A stretch of 64,000 bases of DNA from Azolla caroliniana. Taxonomy: Eukaryota; Plantae; Polypodiophyta. Below are positions 59,100 through 64,000 of the stretch, in pieces. The stretch lies in NCBI GenBank assembly GCA_043228905.1, contig JBHGNT010000022.1, positions 2,976,001-3,040,000 on the forward strand, read 5' to 3'. Both the position numbers and the translations under genes were made by a program. Within the stretch, counting starts at the first letter, position 1. Each line of letters starts with the position of its first letter. Below the pieces are notes generated by a model, which had not been told where the DNA came from, ran no database searches, and saw only the letters and a program-made list of their open reading frames with translations.

Positions 59100-61250
59100 G
59101 TATGCATTTGCCAAAAGCGTTAATAGTTTGTATACCGAGTCGGTACACATCTTCTACTAGTTTAGGTATAAAAGATGATATGGTAAGATAATATTCTTGT
59201 TTTGTAGTAATGCTTTTGCCTTAGGTGGTTATTGTATTGTCAAATATATAATCAAATTAATGACAACTTAAAACATGTAAACATTCTTTTTATGCTTCAT
59301 TAGGATTTGAAATGCACCATTGCTCTTTTCTTGTTCACAACATGTTGAAATCTCCTTTTGTTTTTCTCTCTACTACCCATGTTTGACATGTTCTTTGCGC
59401 ATGATGATACAAACTTGCATTGTCTTTCTCTTTAGTCTCACTTTTTTTCTCCCACTTCATCATAAATAATGCTTCTCTTGCTTTATTTTTGTTGCATATG
59501 GGTTTTGCCTTGCAACCTTCAATCAAAATGTCTCCCTTGCCTCCTTTTGCCAATGTATACCTATTTATAATGACCCCTTCTTTATAGAGAATATGAATGC
59601 TTTGCTCACACATTCAAAGAACAAGTAACCACATAAGGCAAATCATCAAAGAACTTTGTTTGATGATCGTTGTAAGTGCACACATCATTTGGGAAGCCAC
59701 AACAAAAGTGAATTTTCAAGATAATGAATTGTAGAACTACAAGAGGTAATAAACTTGAGCTTTGTGGAAAACCCTTCTCTATGATGCAAGTTATCACAAG
59801 TTTTGTGGTTTTTGTTGTAGAATAATTGCAAAACTAGACAAGTTGGTTTGCATATAAAGTTTCACAACCAGATAACCAACAAAAACATCACAAATGTTTC
59901 ATTTTACCATGCCCATTCAATGGCAGTGTTAGCATTAAATTGAAAGAAGACACGATTTTTTTTTGTTTAGTTTTTGTGGATTGAATGAAGAAAAAACAAT
60001 AAACAACCATTAATACTAGTCCAATCAAATAAGGAAGTATTAAAAAAGTGTTCTACTAGAATAATGGATAGCCATAGGAAATTAAAACACCATACCATTT
60101 CATATTAAATACAATATATGAATGTATGACTATTTGCCCATGTTGTAAAGCCCCAATGGTGGGTTTTTCTACATTGCTCTTTGCATTGTTGGATCATTGG
60201 ATTGCAATCAATGAATCCATGTTCAACAATGGGTTATGTAGACCTATGTGAAACTTGCATTGAGAGTGCCATCACTTTAAAAGTGGGTTTATATTAAGCC
60301 AAAACCACAATCTCAAGGTGACACACAGCATTTGATTACTTTGGCAACGCAACACTTGGTGGATGCTCACTACAACTTATGTGTGAAAGCTTGTGATACC
60401 ACAACCAAGCGTCAAAAGTAGGGAATGCCCTTCATTACTTATTGTGGGGTAATGTAGCAATCTTTGATATTGAGTGAAACTCTATTCACATGTGTTTCAC
60501 ATGGTTCCCGACATTAATGTTAGTGCAACACATTGCCATTGGGCCCTCGCACTACCAATGTAATCAATGCTTGCATTCTAATGATTGCACTATTGTTAAA
60601 ACGTTGTTTAGCAATCAAAGAAGGTGGATACCAAAATCAATTCGATGGTTAGATTCTAAATCTTTATCTAAGATAGTCATTTAGCCGACTAATGGGTTCC
60701 AAGAATGGAAGAGAACAGGGATCCTTGAAGTCCAAGAGAATTAAAGGCGAGATTGCATTCAATGCACACCTTCCCATGGAAACAATTGTTGGTGTAATAA
60801 CTTTTTGTGGCCACGTTAATTGCGAGAGGGATTGGAAGCTAGCATTATTATAATTTATATCCATCCCTTTTACTCTCTCCACCAACATTTGGATTTGACA
60901 TACAACCTATAATTTCATGGGATGTCGTGTCAATCTTATTAGAAAGAAAAGTTTTCTAACTTGGCAATCGATTGACATTCTACCATTTTTATTAATTGTC
61001 CAAAAGCATAAATGTGAGATATTCTCATAATCCGCATATTATTATGTATACAAAATGTCAAGTTTTTTTTTCATAATTGGCTACAGCACATAAGCTTTAT
61101 AGAAAGTTGAAGTAAACACCCATATTAAGAGGTACTCATTAATTTATTCTCAGGAAGTACCTCATATGAGAGATGCAATATGAAATGCATTAGCACATGC
61201 ATTGCAAAGGAATGGCAAATGGAAAGTTTTGATAATTGATTCAAGATATC
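59100..61250 (-). pseudogene. Heavily decayed DNA-transposon (possibly hAT/DUF659) transposase relic
   Basis: Only weak minus-strand motif echoes (about 61170-61200 and 60850-60910) and no intact frame. Confidence 0.25.
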
Positions 61251-62049
61251 CTGTAATCTTAATTATAATTTGTGTGCCCTTCTAGTGATTTACATTAGCA
61301 AAAAAAACAAAAAAAAGTGGCACCTTATAATGAATTGATATTAATGCTAACTTCTTCTTCTTCTTCCAAAAACAAACTTTTTTTTTTACATACGATACAT
61401 TTATACATTGCAAATTTAAATAGAAATTTAACATAACTATATACAACAACGGGATTGAGTTGGAATTAGGAGCTAATTAAAGATAAAATGTTTGGATTCC
61501 ATATGTTTCTTTATGTGCTATTTATTTTTCAATTGTGTGAATCATCCTTACTTGTTGCCATTATCTAGAAACTCACATTATAGATTATGATCTTTGCACA
61601 ATTTTACATATACATACCACATAAATTTGTGTCCGCGTATGTTTTGGACGGGCAGTTTATAAAGCTACTTGTCTATGTGGATGAGAAACATATTTTCACC
61701 TTGTCCACGTTGATAGGTAAATGTTTTCCATTCCGGTCTTATGACGCGTTCAAACCATTTTTACATGTCACATGACATTTTCAAAGGCCAATCATCAAAT
61801 CCAACCAACGTTAGTCTTGCCTCTCCACCCTTGTAATCCAATTATTGGTCACTTCCAACTCTTCAAGTATTACACTCTCATTATCTTACCTATTAAGATC
61901 ATTAAGAGATGAGCTATTCAGTTATTCATTATCTCCTAACAAGAAAGGTGTTAAATTAAGTTATCTAAATTTTAATTGGGTATCGTTGCCTCTACTTAAG
62001 TCAATTATTAAGAGTTTGCGTGATCAATTGTCCATATTCCTAGTTATAG

Positions 62050-62760
62050 CTTTGATATGTGTGTTATAATTAAGTCTTGGGTTCCTATTGATGCTAAAAC
62101 CCATTTGGGCCATCACCATCATAAACATGTATCAGAACACATAGACAACAAACATGGTGAGATTAAACATGATAAAAAAACAAGTTCAAATCCTACTTGT
62201 AGGAATCCTATTGATATTCACATCTAGTGTGTCACAATTGCTTCCCTTTCTTGTTGTGGCATATATAATATACGTTTATCATTTTTGGGAACTCTCCAAT
62301 GTAGGTGATCGATATATTCTCACCGTGAACCAACTCTACAAACTACAACCCCTTCTCTTCAATGTTGGGGCTTCCATTCTTTTGGTGAAGAACCCACTCT
62401 AGTAAGTGGTGCGTTGATGACAGAATTAAAAGAATGCGCAAAAATGTGTAAAAACTATACAATTTCAACACCCTTGCCATAAGATTGTTAGGACCACATC
62501 TCCTTTATTCCACCAAGCAAAATGGTACCGTGTGCATATATGAATGTGAGTCCATGGCCACAAATCACAATAGAAGGCAAACAATCCATCATCATCTAGG
62601 TGATATTCACATCAAGGAAGACAACATCAATTGTCTTGTGACTCCATTGGTTTTAACGAGGGATCTTTATGCATTTTCTAGAGATCCTATAATCATTGAA
62701 CAAATATGCAAATACCAAGGTCCATGAAAAATAATAATTCAATCATCTTGTGGCCTCTCT
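62050..62760 (-). pseudogene. Decayed copia RT relic
   Basis: Minus strand reads MDLGICI (about 62710-62727) and HLHWRVPK (about 62285-62310), resembling the copia RT DLG and HW.A.KR motifs. Confidence 0.3.
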
Positions 62761-64000
62761 ATATGAGGAATTAGACTCCCGCCTATTTTGGAAGAGTGAT
62801 GTGAGTATGATAAACTCTACATTGGATATCCAAGAAAAATGTGCAAGGAGAATGACATATGTATAGCTACACATTGTAAATATAAGAGTTGCACTAGTCA
62901 TGAAAGAATTGTCACTGTAGTTGAAAATAGCATGCTTGCAAGTTTCACTGACAAAATTTGCATTTGAAAACTTGGTTTGTATTCGATATTCTTTATGTAA
63001 AAACAAAGATAAATAAATCAAGCACTCATGATGAGACAATGATGGAATACAGTTTAGCATTTAATACATTTAATGTAGAGAATATATTCCCATATACTCA
63101 TTACAAAAAGGATTATCATATATGTTCTCTAACAAGTGTCCTCACACACAAGGCGTTGTTGGGCAATCATTCAACTATCTGCAAGAGAGAGTCCACCAAG
63201 TGGGGAGATAAGTAGTGTAGAACCTATGCTCGAGGTCGAGCCTAGGTTTGGTTGATCAAGTGCAAGGTTGGTATTGTGGTTCAGCGCGTTGTCATCAACA
63301 TAACGATAGTTGCAACAATAGTAACCTTACCATCTACTCTCCCCCAATTCCCTTGTTGGTTGCTTGACAATCTCTCATTCATGATGAGCATTAGATCTAC
63401 TCGTCATTTTTCTTTTACCCCTTCCCGCGACTCCCAGAGGTCGACCTTAGCTATGGGTAATTTAGCTTTGGCCCTAGGGTAGGGTGGAATTAGTTCTTGC
63501 TTCTTCCTTTTTCTATAAATCTTTGCCTAATATAAAGTTTACCTTGGTTACAATTTTCACCAAAATTAGGCTTATGTTTGAAGTCAGCTCTCATTTGATT
63601 GTTGCAGCAATTTTTGTCGACACTTCATGGATGTTTCATCAAAGGAAAACCCTCAATCTAAGACTTTCTCCATATGAACGAGGAAAATAAACCTTCCGTA
63701 ACTTCATTTTTAGGCCTGAAAATCCCTATTAATCTACTATAATATCGTTGGCTAGTGGTAGAAGAGTCAACACTCAAAAGCGTGGGTTTTGAATCCCTAC
63801 TCTAACTAGATATTCAATAAGTGACCTTGAAATTTTCCAACAAAGGGAGAATCTTAAGCATTTTGAAATGTTCACTCAATCACTTAAATTCACACCGAAA
63901 CATGTAATTCTTAATGAAAGGGAAAAAAAACAAGTAAACCCAAAAGAGAATTTTTAAATCTTTGCAAAGTGTTTATAAACCTAACAAATTACAATAAGTT

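Overview
Repeat-rich land-plant nuclear DNA. The TE lineages and long TE-filled introns suggest a non-seed plant such as a fern (inference). Bases 1-20.8 kb are a nest of five LTR retrotransposons. Its centrepiece is an intact, very young, GC-rich Ty3/gypsy element (6955-14119, minus strand) inserted into the gag of an older relative. It has a tRNA-Trp PBS, a 4-bp TSD, a DHG protease and an FLDD RT. Its Gag-PR and Pol are joined by a predicted -1 frameshift signal (G GAT TTT TAG plus a covarying stem-loop/pseudoknot) conserved in both copies. Three spliced host genes follow: an aldo-keto reductase (minus), ALG12/EBS4 mannosyltransferase (plus, 19 exons) and a DRIP/BMI1-like RING-RAWUL E3 ligase (plus). 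The putative 10.7-kb first intron of ALG12 holds a hAT element carrying a tandem TRIM and a solo LTR, plus a full-length copia. Several template-switch-type rearrangements, solo LTRs and decayed TE relics fill the rest. All calls were made by eye from the sequence and ORF track; no database searches were run.
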